64,000 nt of DNA from an uncultured Chloroflexia bacterium (GCA_963822845.1 CAWGIY010000003.1:100840-164839); one strand, 5' to 3'. Positions 31,444 through 42,084 are shown, numbered from the stretch's first letter. The notes: generated by a model not told the origin, from the sequence alone. A program made the numbers and translations.

Positions 31444-32321
31444 TTAGGACACGCCGGCGTCGCGCAGCAGCTGGGGGATATGCGACGGGGAGTCGGCGAC
31501 CCGCACGCCGGCCTCCTCCAGCGCCGCGCGCTTCGACTCGGCGGTCCCGCCACCGGTCGTCGAGATGATCGCGCCGGCGTGGCCCATCCGGCGTCCGGGT
31601 GGTGCGGTGCGGCCGGCGATGAAGGCGGCCATCGGCTTGCGCACCTCGCGGGCGATGAAGGCCGCGGCCTTCTCCTCCTCCTCGCCGCCGATCTCGCCGA
31701 TCATCACGATCGCCTCGGTCTCGGGATCCTGGTTGAAGAGGTCGAGCGCGTCGATGAAGCTCGTCCCGACGACGGGGTCGCCGCCGATGCCGAGGGTCGT
31801 CGTCTGGCCCATGCCGGCATCGGTCATAGCCTGTACCACCTCGTAGGTGAGGGTGCCGGACCGTGACACGAGGCCGACCGGCCCGCGGGCGTGGATGTTG
31901 CCGGGAATGATGCCCACCTTGGCCTCGCCGACCGAGGTCAGGCCGGGACAGTTGGGACCGATCAGCCGCACGCCCTTCGCCTTCAACACGTGATACACGC
32001 GCAGCATGTCGAGGGCGGGGATGCCCTCCGTGATGCAGATCACGAGCGGGACGTCGGCCGCGGCCGCCTCGAGCATCGCGTCGGGGGCGAAGGCGGCCGG
32101 GACGAAGATGCACGACGCGTTCGCGCCGGTCTGGGCGACGGCATCGGCCACGGTGTCGTACACGGGCACGCGACCGTCGAGCGCCGCCTGCCCGCCCTTG
32201 CCAGGCGTGACGCCGGCGACGATGTTCGTGCCGTACTCGAGCATCGCGGTGGAGTGGAACTCGCCCTCGCGGCCGGTGATGCCCTGGACCAGCAGCCGCG
32301 TGTCGCCGTTGACGAGGATGC

Positions 32322-32325
<4 letters not shown>
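31444..32325 (-). CDS. sucD: Succinyl-CoA synthetase alpha subunit
   Basis: 293 aa. [11 protein letters not shown]....[42 protein letters not shown] overlap with sucC. Confidence 0.92.
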
Positions 32326-33461
<1,136 letters not shown>

Positions 33462-33530
33462 TCCGGTCTCCTGCTGCGGTCAGTCGTCGGGCGCGCATGC
33501 TCGGAGGCTCTCAGCCGACGCGGGCACCCG

Positions 33531-33536
33531 ATTGTA
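33531..33536 (-). promoter_or_regulatory. -10 box TACAAT(CGG) for sucCD
   Basis: Minus strand reads CATCGGTACAATCGGGTGCC, ~70 nt upstream of the sucC start. Confidence 0.45.
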
Positions 33537-33610
33537 CCGATGCACGCCGCGGATGCCCCGGCAAGACGGCTGATTCGTGGCCTGCCTCGCCGATACCGTA
33601 CCGTTGCCCG

Positions 33611-35239
33611 GTGAAGGTCCGCGAAACGCTGGCGCAGGTGCTCGCCAACCCGTCGCTGCGGCGCCTCCAGCTGGTGTGGCTGATCGGGATCGCGGCCGAG
33701 AAGGCGTACCTGGTGGCGCTGCTGGTCTACGCCTACGAGATCGGCGACGTGGTGGCGGTCGGAGCCTTCACCCTCCTGGCGTCCCTCCCCTCGGGCCTGT
33801 TCGGGCCGATTCTCGCGTCGGTCTTCGACTCGTTCCGCCCGGCCCGGGTGCTCCTCGGCCTTCACCTCGGACGCGCAGCGGCCGTGGCGCTGGCCGCCGC
33901 CGCCATCGCCTTCGACCTCGGGCTGTGGATCATCGTCGCCGCGGCGATCATCGAGGGCATCCTCACTCGTCAGCACACGGCGTACACGCGAGCGCTCCTG
34001 CCGGCGCTGGCGCGAACGCCCGACGAGCTGATCGCAGGCAACGCGGTGACGAGCCTGGGCGAGGCGGCCGGGTCGCTCGTCGGCCCTGCAGTCGCCGGCG
34101 TCCTCCTCGTCGTCGGCGGCCCGGGGCTCGCTCTGTGGGCCACGGCCGCGGCCTACCTCCTCGCGGCGTTCGGTGTGCTCGGCCTTCACGTCGTGACCCT
34201 CGCTCGGCCCGCCCTCGCGGGCATGGCGGCGACCCTGCGCCAGACGCTCGGCGGCTTCGGCGCGTTGGCGACCTACCCGTCTGCCGGCCTGCTCCTTGGG
34301 CTGGTGATGACCCAGGTCGTCGTCCGTGGCGCGTTCACCGTCCTGCTCGTGTCGGCCGCCATCGAGCTCCTTGGCATCGGCCAGTCGGGCGTCGGGTACC
34401 TCAACGCGGCGATCGGGGCGGGCGGCCTCGTCGGTGCCATCATGTCGATGAGCCTCCTGGTCGGCCGCGGCCTGTCGGTGTCGTTCGCCGTGTCGCTGGC
34501 GACGTGGGGAGCACCCATCGCCGTCATCGGGCTGGTGCCGAACCCGGCACTTGCCTTCGCGATGGCCGGCCTGATCGGGGCAGCGAACGCGTCGATCGAC
34601 GTGGCCGGCTACACCCTGCTGGCGCGAAGTGTCCCGAACGAGGTGCGCGGCCGAGTCTTCGGCGTGTTCCAGAGCTCGGCGGGGTTCGGCATCGCGCTCG
34701 GCGCGGTCCTCGCTCCGGTGCTCGTGCAACTCGCCGGGCTGCAGGGAGCGCTCGTGATCACCGGCCTGGTGCTGCCCGTGGTGGCAGCGGTCAGCTTCCG
34801 CGGCGTTCGCCGGGCGGAGCGCTCCGCCATCCTCCCCGAGCGCGAGCTTGCGGCGATGCGCCGGGTGCCGATGTTCGCACCCCTCCCGCTCACCGCCCTC
34901 GAGCAGCTCGCCCGCAGCCTCGAGCCGGTCTCCTTCGCGAGCGGCGATCGCGTCATCACCCAGGGCGATCCGGGAGATTGCTTCTACGTCATCGAGTCTG
35001 GAACCGTGGCGATCATCCATGACGGCCACCGACAGACGACGCTCGGGGCGGGGGATGGCTTCGGTGAGATCGCGTTGCTCAGTGACCGGCCCCGGACGGC
35101 GACGGTGGACGTGACCGATCCGATGACCGGCTACCGGCTGCCGCGGGAGGCATTCCTCGAGGCGGTCACCGGCAGCCCGCACAGCGTCATCGCCGCGGAC
35201 GAGCTGATGGCCAGGCGGCTGGCGGAGCTGCGCCACTGA
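33611..35239 (+). CDS. MFS-type transporter fused to a C-terminal cyclic-nucleotide-binding domain
   Basis: About 12 hydrophobic segments, then VPMFAPLP...L.......F..GD.VI.QGDPGDCFYVIESG.V......TLGAGDGFGEIALL.D.PRTATV. GTG start at 33611. Confidence 0.7.
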   Translation: MKVRETLAQVLANPSLRRLQLVWLIGIAAEKAYLVALLVYAYEIGDVVAVGAFTLLASLPSGLFGPILASVFDSFRPARVLLGLHLGRAAAVALAAAAIAFDLGLWIIVAAAIIEGILTRQHTAYTRALLPALARTPDELIAGNAVTSLGEAAGSLVGPAVAGVLLVVGGPGLALWATAAAYLLAAFGVLGLHVVTLARPALAGMAATLRQTLGGFGALATYPSAGLLLGLVMTQVVVRGAFTVLLVSAAIELLGIGQSGVGYLNAAIGAGGLVGAIMSMSLLVGRGLSVSFAVSLATWGAPIAVIGLVPNPALAFAMAGLIGAANASIDVAGYTLLARSVPNEVRGRVFGVFQSSAGFGIALGAVLAPVLVQLAGLQGALVITGLVLPVVAAVSFRGVRRAERSAILPERELAAMRRVPMFAPLPLTALEQLARSLEPVSFASGDRVITQGDPGDCFYVIESGTVAIIHDGHRQTTLGAGDGFGEIALLSDRPRTATVDVTDPMTGYRLPREAFLEAVTGSPHSVIAADELMARRLAELRH

Positions 35240-35247
35240 CCGGCGTA

Positions 35248-35253
35248 TAGACT
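35248..35253 (+). promoter_or_regulatory. -10 box TAGACT(CG) upstream of the IDH-family gene
   Basis: GCGTATAGACTCGTCC, 50 nt before the ATG at 35303, which is preceded by GAGGA. Confidence 0.35.
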
Positions 35254-35302
35254 CGTCCGCGCATTCGCCGGCGCGTTGACCGGCTGCAGCAGCGAGGACT
35301 CG

Positions 35303-36313
35303 ATGAGCTATACGGTGACCCTGATCCCCGGCGACGGCATCGGTCCGGAGCTGGCCGAGGCGGCGAAGCGGGTGCTCGAGGCGACCGGCATCGGTTTCAG
35401 CTGGGACGTCCAGGAGGCCGGAGAGGCGACGATCGCGAGCGAGGGCACGCCCCTGCCGGACCGGGTGATCGCGTCGATTCGCACGAATGGCGTGGCCCTC
35501 AAGGGACCGATCACGACACCCGTCGGCTCCGGGTTCCGCTCCGTGAACGTCGGCCTCCGCCAGGCGCTCGAGCTGTACGCCAACGTCCGGCCGGCGCGGA
35601 CGATGAAGGGCGTGGAGACTCGCTACGAGGACGTCGACCTGATCATCGTGCGCGAGAACACCGAGGACCTGTACGCGGGCATCGAGCACCGCGTCGGGCC
35701 CGATGCGGCCGAGAGCATCAAGATCATCACGCGGGCCGCGTCACAGCGGATCGCGCGCTACGCGTTCGAGTACGCGGTGCGCAACGGCCGGCGCAAGGTC
35801 ACCGCCGTGCACAAGGCGAACATCATGAAGCTGTCCGACGGCCTCTTCCTCGAGTCCGCCCAGCAGGTCGCCGCCGAGTACGCGGGGCGGGTGGAGTTCG
35901 AGGACCGCATCGTCGACAACATGTGCATGCAGCTGGTCCAGAAGCCCGAGCTGTACGACGTGCTCGTCCTGCCGAACCTGTACGGCGACATCGTGTCCGA
36001 CCTCGCGGCCGGGCTGGTCGGCGGGCTCGGCGTCGCGCCGGGTGCGAACATCGGTGAGACGGCGGCCGTGTTCGAGCCCGTCCACGGCTCCGCCCCGAAG
36101 TACGCGGGCCAGAACAAGGCCAATCCCACCGCCCTCATCCTCTCCGGCGCGCTGATGCTGCGTCACCTCGGGGAGACCGATGCGGCCGACGCGGTCGAGA
36201 CGGCCACCCGGGAGGTGATCGCCGCGGGCACGACGGTCACCTACGACCTGGGCGGATCGTCGGGCACCCGCGAGTTCGCCGACGCGGTTGCGGCCAGGTT
36301 GGCGTCGGCCTGA
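35303..36313 (+). CDS. icd: Isocitrate/isopropylmalate dehydrogenase family, most like NAD-dependent isocitrate dehydrogenase
   Basis: 336 aa. [66 protein letters not shown]-cycle gene context. Confidence 0.7.
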   Translation: MSYTVTLIPGDGIGPELAEAAKRVLEATGIGFSWDVQEAGEATIASEGTPLPDRVIASIRTNGVALKGPITTPVGSGFRSVNVGLRQALELYANVRPARTMKGVETRYEDVDLIIVRENTEDLYAGIEHRVGPDAAESIKIITRAASQRIARYAFEYAVRNGRRKVTAVHKANIMKLSDGLFLESAQQVAAEYAGRVEFEDRIVDNMCMQLVQKPELYDVLVLPNLYGDIVSDLAAGLVGGLGVAPGANIGETAAVFEPVHGSAPKYAGQNKANPTALILSGALMLRHLGETDAADAVETATREVIAAGTTVTYDLGGSSGTREFADAVAARLASA

Positions 36314-36333
36314 CCACTCTCCCGGGTGGGGGT

Positions 36334-36484
36334 GTGCGCCCCAGCGCACGCAACTACGAGGGTGATGCCTCGGAGCCGCTTGCCGGCGGTCTCCGATGCC
36401 CGAGATGTGCGCCGTCGCGCACACTCCGGTCGACATTCGTGGCTGCTTCGTCGTTACGTGCGCCCCGCGGCATGCGTCGCGCAC
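36334..36484 (+). repeat. Three hairpins sharing the stem GTGCGC/GCGCAC in the icd-sdhC spacer
   Basis: GTGCGC-CCCA-GCGCAC at 36334-36349. TGTGCGC-CGTC-GCGCACA at 36406-36423. GTGCGC-N15-GCGCAC at 36458-36484. Confidence 0.5.
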
Positions 36485-36506
36485 GGCCACGCGCCTCGCC
36501 GCGCGA

Positions 36507-36512
36507 TAGAAT
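36507..36512 (+). promoter_or_regulatory. -10 box TAGAAT(CGA) upstream of sdhC
   Basis: GCGATAGAATCGAGG, 63 nt before the sdhC start. Confidence 0.35.
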
Positions 36513-36575
36513 CGAGGAGCCGCTCGTCCGCACCTGTTGTCGGGCGGTGCCCCGTGAGAGGATCAAGGCGCCGAC

Positions 36576-36950
36576 GTGATCACCGTCTTCGGCTACCGCG
36601 TGTCATGGGCGGAGCTGGCCTGGTTCGGCCACCGGGTCAGCGGGCTGGGCGTGCTCTTCTACCTGTTCATGCACATCGTCGAGACCTCGACGGTGCTGTT
36701 CGGGCCCGAGGTCTACGACGCCGCCGTCGGAATCTTCAAGAACCTCCCCGCGCGGCTCGGCGAGGTCGTGCTCATGGCCGCGCTCGTGTACCACGCGCTG
36801 AACGGGCTCCGCGTGATCGCCATGGACTTCTGGCCGGGGCTCACCGTCTACTACCGGCCGCTGACCTACGGGGTCATCACCGCGACGGTCGTGGCGATGA
36901 TCCCGATGGCCTTCATCATGACCCGCCCGTTCATGCCGTGGGGCGGATGA
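36576..36950 (+). CDS. sdhC: Succinate dehydrogenase cytochrome b subunit
   Basis: 124 aa, three TM segments, conserved H (FMHIVE, YHALNGLR). First gene of the sdhCDAB order. Confidence 0.7.
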   Translation: MITVFGYRVSWAELAWFGHRVSGLGVLFYLFMHIVETSTVLFGPEVYDAAVGIFKNLPARLGEVVLMAALVYHALNGLRVIAMDFWPGLTVYYRPLTYGVITATVVAMIPMAFIMTRPFMPWGG

Positions 36951-36954
36951 GCCG

Positions 36955-37401
36955 ATGACCGACGCCCGCCGTCCTCGCGTCATCTACGCCAACCCGTCGC
37001 GCGCGGCGCGGCCGCTCCCGGAGGCATCCGGCCGCGAGCGGTTCTGGTGGTACTTCATGCGCCTCAGTGGCCTGGCGCTGGTGATCCTGGCCCTCGGCCA
37101 CATGTTCATCATGCACGTGCTCGTGGAGCTGACCGGCGGCGAGATCAACTTCGCCTTCGTCCAGAGCCGATGGGGCACGCCGTTCTGGCGGATCTACGAC
37201 TTCCTGCTGCTCCTGCTGGCCTTCGTCCACGGCGCGAACGGGACGCGGGTCGTCATCGGCGACTACGTCGCCAACCGCACGGCACGGAGCCTGCTCGTCG
37301 GCATCCTCATCGCGATCAGCGCGATCTGGCTGGTGCTTGGCATGGCGGTCATCGTCTTCTTCGATCCGAATACCGCGCCGCCGACCGGTCCGTTCTCGTG
37401 A
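36955..37401 (+). CDS. sdhD: Succinate dehydrogenase hydrophobic membrane anchor subunit
   Basis: 148 aa, three TM segments, LALGHMFIMH / FVHGANGTR. Its position between sdhC and sdhA supports the call. Confidence 0.65.
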   Translation: MTDARRPRVIYANPSRAARPLPEASGRERFWWYFMRLSGLALVILALGHMFIMHVLVELTGGEINFAFVQSRWGTPFWRIYDFLLLLLAFVHGANGTRVVIGDYVANRTARSLLVGILIAISAIWLVLGMAVIVFFDPNTAPPTGPFS

Positions 37402-39191
37402 CCCTCGTCACGACAGGCGGTCCGGTCATCCCGCCGAGCCGGGTGCACGAGCTCGACGCGGTCGTCGTCGGCGCCGGTGGCGCCGGCCTCTACGCGGCGC
37501 TCGAGCTGAAGCAGGAGCTCGGCCCGGAAGGGCGCATCGGCGTCATCAGCAAGCTCTATCCCAGCCGATCGCACACCGGGGCGGCGCAGGGTGGGGTGTG
37601 CGCCGCGCTCGGCAACACCGAGGAGGACCACTGGGAGTGGCACTGGTTCGACACGGTGAAGGGCGGCGACTACCTCGTCGACCAGGACGCGGCCGAGGTG
37701 ATGTGCCGGGACGCGGTCGAAACGATCATCAACCTGGAGCACCTCGGCCTGCCGTTCGACCGGACCGCCGAGGGCCTCATCAACCAGCGCCGCTTCGGCG
37801 GGCACACGCGCAACTTCGGGGAGGGGCCGGTCCGGCGCTCGTGCTTCGCGGCCGATCGCACCGGGCACGCCATCCTCCAGACCCTCTTCCAGCAGTGCAT
37901 CCGCCGCGAGGTGACCTTCTTCGACGAGTACCAGGTCCTCGACCTCATCCTGCCCGAGGGTCCCGGCGGGCCGGTCAGCGGGGTGATCGCGCTCCAGCTG
38001 GCGACCTCGGAGCTCCACGCCTTCCGCGCGAAGGCCGTGCTGTTCGCGACCGGCGGCTACGGCAAGGTCTTCAAGGTCACCTCGAACGCCCACACGCTGA
38101 CGGGCGACGGGATGGCGATCCCGTACCGGCGCGGGCTGCCGCTCGAGGACATGGAGTTCTTCCAGTTCCACCCGACGGGCATGTACAAGCTCGGCTTCCT
38201 GCTCTCGGAGGCGATGCGCGGCGAGGGCGGCTTCCTCGTCAACGACGCCGGCGAGCGCTTCATGGAGCGCTACGCGCCGACGATGAAGGACCTTGCATCG
38301 CGCGACGTGGTCAGCCGCTCGATCTACCTCGAGGTCGCCGAGGGGCGCGGGATCGGCGGCAAGGACTACGTCCACCTCGACGTGCGCCACCTCGGCGCCG
38401 AGGTGCTCGACAAGAAGCTGCCCGACATGAGCGGCTTCATCCGCACCTACTTCGGGCTCGAGCCGCTGACCGATCTCGTGCCGATCCAGCCCACCGCCCA
38501 CTATGCGATGGGCGGCATCCCGACCGACATCGACGGCCGCGCCCTCGCCGACGCTCGCGGCACGGCGATTCCGGGGCTGTACGCCGCCGGCGAGGTGGCG
38601 TGCGTCTCGGTCCATGGCGCCAACCGGCTGGGGACGAACTCGCTGCTCGACATCCTCGTCTTCGGGCGGCGGGCCGGGAAGCGGATGGCCGTCGACCTCG
38701 CCGAGCTTCCCGATCCGGTCGACGATCGTGCGGCGGAGGCATCGGTCCAGGGCATGGTCTCCGGCCTGCTGGCCGGAACGGACGGCGAGCGCCCGGCGGT
38801 CATCCGCACCGAGCTCCAGGACGTGATGTTCACGAAGTGCGGCGTGTACCGCACCGAGCAGCTCCTGACCGAGGCGCGCGACGAGGTCGCGTCGCTGCGG
38901 AGCCGAGCGCAGACGCTCCGGGTCGACGATCGTGGCTGCCGCTACAACACCGACCTGACCGACGCGCTCGAGCTCGGCTTCCTCCTCGACAGCGCCGAGG
39001 CGACCGTGGCCTCGGCACTGGCCCGCACCGAGTCGCGCGGCGGCCACGCCCGCGAGGACTTCCCCGAGCGCGACGACGAGCGATGGCTGAAGCACACGTT
39101 CGTGACGCGCTCGCCCGAGACGGGGGAGATCGGCCTCGACTACAAGCCGGTGACGATCACGAAGTTCGAGCCGAAGGCGCGGGTGTACTGA
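37398..39191 (+). CDS. sdhA: Succinate dehydrogenase flavoprotein subunit
   Basis: 597 aa. VVVGAGGAGL.AA, SRSHTGAAQGG (covalent FAD His), HPTG, RGEGG, HYAMGGI, GLYAAGE.ACVSVHGANRLG.NSL. GTGA overlap with sdhD. Confidence 0.93.
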   Translation: MTLVTTGGPVIPPSRVHELDAVVVGAGGAGLYAALELKQELGPEGRIGVISKLYPSRSHTGAAQGGVCAALGNTEEDHWEWHWFDTVKGGDYLVDQDAAEVMCRDAVETIINLEHLGLPFDRTAEGLINQRRFGGHTRNFGEGPVRRSCFAADRTGHAILQTLFQQCIRREVTFFDEYQVLDLILPEGPGGPVSGVIALQLATSELHAFRAKAVLFATGGYGKVFKVTSNAHTLTGDGMAIPYRRGLPLEDMEFFQFHPTGMYKLGFLLSEAMRGEGGFLVNDAGERFMERYAPTMKDLASRDVVSRSIYLEVAEGRGIGGKDYVHLDVRHLGAEVLDKKLPDMSGFIRTYFGLEPLTDLVPIQPTAHYAMGGIPTDIDGRALADARGTAIPGLYAAGEVACVSVHGANRLGTNSLLDILVFGRRAGKRMAVDLAELPDPVDDRAAEASVQGMVSGLLAGTDGERPAVIRTELQDVMFTKCGVYRTEQLLTEARDEVASLRSRAQTLRVDDRGCRYNTDLTDALELGFLLDSAEATVASALARTESRGGHAREDFPERDDERWLKHTFVTRSPETGEIGLDYKPVTITKFEPKARVY

Positions 39192-39895
39192 TGGAGGTCA
39201 CGCTGCGGATCCTCCGCTACAACCCCGAGCTCGACCGCGAGCCGCACTGGGAGGAGTACGCCGTCGAGGCAGAGCCGACCGACCGCGTCCTCGACCTCCT
39301 GCACCAGGTGAAGTGGTACCAGGACGGCACGCTCACCTTCCGCCGATCCTGCGCCCACGGCGTGTGCGGCTCCGACGCGATGCTCATCAACGGCCGAAAC
39401 CGGCTCGCCTGCGAGTACCTCGTCCGCGACGCCGGCAGCCGCATCAGCGTCGAGCCGATCCGCGGCATGGGCATCGTCAAGGACCTGCTCGTGGACATGG
39501 AGCCGTTCTGGGACTCGTTCAAGCAGGTGATGCCGTACCTCGTCAACGACGATCTCCCCGCCGACGGCAAGGAGCGCCGCCAGTCGCAGGCGGACCGCGA
39601 GCGGTTCGAGGACACGAGCCGCTGCATCCTGTGCGCGGCGTGCACGACGAGCTGCCCGGTGTTCTGGTCCGACCAGCAGTACGTCGGCCCGGCGGCGATC
39701 GTGAACGCTCATCGGTTCATCGTCGACTCGCGCGACACCGCGCACACCGAGCGGCTCCAGATCATGGCCGACCCCGACGGCGTGTGGCGCTGCCGCACGA
39801 CCTTCAACTGCGTGGAGGCCTGCCCGCGCGACATCAAGATCACGCGCGCCATCCTCGAGGTGACGAACGAGATCCGAAGCGCCGGGATCTCGTGA
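39191..39895 (+). CDS. sdhB: Succinate dehydrogenase iron-sulfur subunit
   Basis: 234 aa. FRRSCAHGVCGSDAMLING.N.LAC, CILCAACTTSCP, CRTTFNCVEACPRDI. Confidence 0.93.
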   Translation: MEVTLRILRYNPELDREPHWEEYAVEAEPTDRVLDLLHQVKWYQDGTLTFRRSCAHGVCGSDAMLINGRNRLACEYLVRDAGSRISVEPIRGMGIVKDLLVDMEPFWDSFKQVMPYLVNDDLPADGKERRQSQADRERFEDTSRCILCAACTTSCPVFWSDQQYVGPAAIVNAHRFIVDSRDTAHTERLQIMADPDGVWRCRTTFNCVEACPRDIKITRAILEVTNEIRSAGIS

Positions 39896-40290
39896 GGCTG
39901 CTCATCTACACCGATGGCGCCGCACGCGGCAACCCCGGTCCCGCCGGCGCCGGCGCGATCCTCCGCGACGCCGAGGGCAGGGTGGTGGCGGAGATCGCGG
40001 AGCCGCTCGGCCGGGCCACGAACAACGTCGCCGAGTGGACCGCCGTCCTGCTCGCGCTGGAAGAGGCGCGCCGTCTGGGCGCCACGCACGTCGACCTGCG
40101 CATGGACTCCGAGCTCGTCGCGCGCCAGATCAGCGGCATCTATAAGGTGAAGCACCCCGACCTCAAGCCGATCCACGCGGCGGCCATGGAGGTCCTGCGC
40201 TCGCTCGACGGCTACACGGTCGGCCACGTGCCGCGAGCGCTCAACGCCGACGCGGACCGGCTGAGCAACGTCGCCATCGACGGGCGGTAG
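39892..40290 (+). CDS. rnhA: RNase HI-type ribonuclease H
   Basis: 132 aa. IYTDGAARGNPGPAGAGAIL.D..G......PLG.ATNNVAEW.A.L.ALE.A..LG.....L..DSELV..Q..G.Y.....L. GTGA overlap with sdhB. Confidence 0.75.
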   Translation: MRLLIYTDGAARGNPGPAGAGAILRDAEGRVVAEIAEPLGRATNNVAEWTAVLLALEEARRLGATHVDLRMDSELVARQISGIYKVKHPDLKPIHAAAMEVLRSLDGYTVGHVPRALNADADRLSNVAIDGR

Positions 40291-40293
40291 ACT
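40288..40293 (+). promoter_or_regulatory. -10 box TAGACT placed 7 nt before the RNase P RNA 5' end; overlaps the rnhA stop codon
   Basis: GGTAGACTATCGGTCCCTGGAGG. The TAG stop of rnhA forms the first three bases of the box. Confidence 0.4.
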
Positions 40294-40299
40294 ATCGGT

Positions 40300-40631
40300 C
40301 CCTGGAGGCGGCCGGATGGTCGCGGGCGCATCGGTCGAAAGGCCGCGTCCGAGGAAAGTCCGAGCTCCAACGAGCAGGCTAGCGGGTAACGCCCGTCCGC
40401 CGTGAGGCGAGGAACAGCGCCACAGTGACGATGCCCGCCCGGTTCGCCGGGAGGGAGTGAAACGCGGCAAGCTCTAGCCGGAGCAAGACCGAATAGGGGA
40501 GCGCAAGGCGGCTTCGGCCGCAGCAGGTGGCTCGCTCAGCTCCCGGGTAGGTCGCACAGATGGATGACCGTCCGTGACCGATGGCGACATCGGCTCACGA
40601 CAGAACTCGGCTTACAGGCCGCTCTCCAGGG
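40300..40631 (+). ncRNA. rnpB: RNase P RNA, bacterial type A
   Basis: GAGGAAAGTCCG (40351-40362, CR-I/P4) and ACAGAACTCGGCTTAC (40599-40614, CR-V/P4). The P1 stem CCCTGGAGGCGGCC / GGCCGC-T-CTCCAGGG closes the molecule. GGGTAACGCC element present. Confidence 0.9.
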
Positions 40632-40649
40632 ATTCCGACTCGGGCTGAT

Positions 40650-40668
40650 CGTATATATGTATATACGC
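40650..40668. repeat. Palindrome with A/T core CGTATATA-TG-TATATACGC (copy 2)
   Basis: Identical 19-mer to 31413-31431, in the same orientation. Lies 19 nt after the rnpB 3' end and 15 nt after the stop of the minus-strand small ORF. Confidence 0.7.
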
Positions 40669-40682
40669 TGAGGCCCGAACGA

Positions 40683-40919
40683 CTAATCCTCGTCCTCGCG
40701 CCAGACCGATCGCGCCGTGCAGGCGTTGCACACCGGGCGCGCCTCGTCCATCGTGCCGAGCGGGAGCGGGTGCTCGACGCCTCCAAGCAGGCAGTCGACC
40801 TGCACCGATGGCGGATCGCCTGGGAGGATGCTGACATGGCGAACGGAGCAGCGACGGATCCGACCTGATCGCGGGATCGGTCGACGCTCGTCATTCCCCT
40901 CGATCGGGTTCAGCGCCAT
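40683..40919 (-). CDS. Possible small Cys-containing protein (78 aa)
   Basis: MALNPIEGNDE...RRCSVRH...VDCLL....H......CNAC. Third-position GC ~90% over the last 40 codons. No Shine-Dalgarno sequence recognised; the longer ORF to 41276 overlaps the next gene. Confidence 0.35.
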   Translation of the reverse strand: MALNPIEGNDERRPIPRSGRIRRCSVRHVSILPGDPPSVQVDCLLGGVEHPLPLGTMDEARPVCNACTARSVWREDED

Positions 40920-41052
40920 CGGCGTGCCCACAGTGCGTGCGGTCGGTCCTCCGTGTCGGCAGGCTACCGGCCGTGGCGTCCTGTCAACAATGGCGCGTTC
41001 GTACCATCGGCCGCGCACCGCCTGGCGCCTGATGCCGGCGAGCTCCGGCGCG

Positions 41053-41058
41053 CTAGAC
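41053..41058 (+). promoter_or_regulatory. -10 box TAGACT upstream of the 41109 gene
   Basis: GCGCTAGACTCACG, 50 nt before the GTG at 41109, which follows GGAGGTG. Confidence 0.35.
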
Positions 41059-41108
41059 TCACGTTCAGTTGTCGCGTGCGCGGTGCTGCTGCCACGCCAG
41101 GAGGTGCC

Positions 41109-42056
41109 GTGTTCGGTCGACGCAAGCGCCAGGAGGAGGCGGCCGCCGAGGCCGCTCGCGAGGCCGAGCGTCATGCGCTGTTTGCCCAGCTGGCCGAGCG
41201 CCCGGAGAACATCTGCCCGTTCCTGGGACTGGCGGGCGAACGGGCCGGATACATCGAGGGCGTCAGCGACGACCACCGCTGCTACGCCTTCGGCGACCCC
41301 GCTCCGCTCTCGGCCGAGCAGCAGACGCGGGTCTGCCAGGAACGCGGCTACGGCAATTGCCCGCGATACCTGCGCGGCGTGCTCGTCATCCCGACCGAGG
41401 AGCTCGAGGCGCTGCGCAAGCCTCGAGCACCGCTTCCCGAGCCCGTGCCGGTTCCTGCACCCGTCGAGCGACGGCGCCGTACCGCGCCGCTGCTCCTGCT
41501 GCTCCTCCTGCTGGTGGTGGTCGGTGGCGGCGCCGCCGGATACCTCGTCTGGGGGCAGGGACTCCTGTCGGTGGCGGTGGAGTCGGGTTCGCCATCGCCG
41601 AGTCCCGAGCCGACCGCGGCGTCGACGCCGACCGCCTCCGCGGGGCCGAGCACCACGCCGGCGCCGACCGCCGTGCCGCCGAGCGGATCCGGCCTGGCCA
41701 GCCCGACGCCCGAGCTGACGCCATCGGTGAGTGACACGTTTGCCTTCTACGAGGTGTCGGTCGGGCCGCAGAGCTACACGCTCTTCGACCTGAACCGGCT
41801 CGGTCGAGTGGTCGACACGCGAGAGACGTCGTTCGAGGGGTTCTCCTATGCGCGCGCGAGGCCGCGCGAGGCGGCCGACGACGGGGTGTATTGGCAGACC
41901 GAGGAGGGCGGCCTCGAGGGCTGGTCATACCGGTATCCGGATTCAGGATCGTTCCGTGTCCGGGCCGTGTTCCTGACGCCTGATGGCGAGCGCCGCTCCG
42001 CCTACCTCCCCGACGACGAGCTCACCGAGTTCCCCGAGGCGACTCCCGCCCCCTGA
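41109..42056 (+). CDS. Single-pass membrane protein with a Cys/His-rich cytoplasmic N-domain and a Pro/Ser/Thr linker
   Basis: 315 aa. ICPFLGL....HRC.....Q..VC..RGYGNCPRY, then the TM segment LLLLLLLLVVVGGGAAGYLVW, a PST-rich linker and a ~110-aa C-domain. GTG start after GGAGGTG. Confidence 0.6.
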   Translation: MFGRRKRQEEAAAEAAREAERHALFAQLAERPENICPFLGLAGERAGYIEGVSDDHRCYAFGDPAPLSAEQQTRVCQERGYGNCPRYLRGVLVIPTEELEALRKPRAPLPEPVPVPAPVERRRRTAPLLLLLLLLVVVGGGAAGYLVWGQGLLSVAVESGSPSPSPEPTAASTPTASAGPSTTPAPTAVPPSGSGLASPTPELTPSVSDTFAFYEVSVGPQSYTLFDLNRLGRVVDTRETSFEGFSYARARPREAADDGVYWQTEEGGLEGWSYRYPDSGSFRVRAVFLTPDGERRSAYLPDDELTEFPEATPAP

Positions 42057-42084
42057 CCCGCGTCATCGGCCGATCGCTCGGGCC

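Noticed and set aside
40595-41276. The full 197-aa minus ORF 40683-41276 and the ORFs 40595-40894 (minus) and 40581-40868 (plus)
   Set aside because: They overlap rnpB or the start of the 41109 gene and are Arg/Ser-rich. Only the last 78 codons of 40683-41276 show coding-like third-position GC, and these are kept as a low-confidence small ORF.
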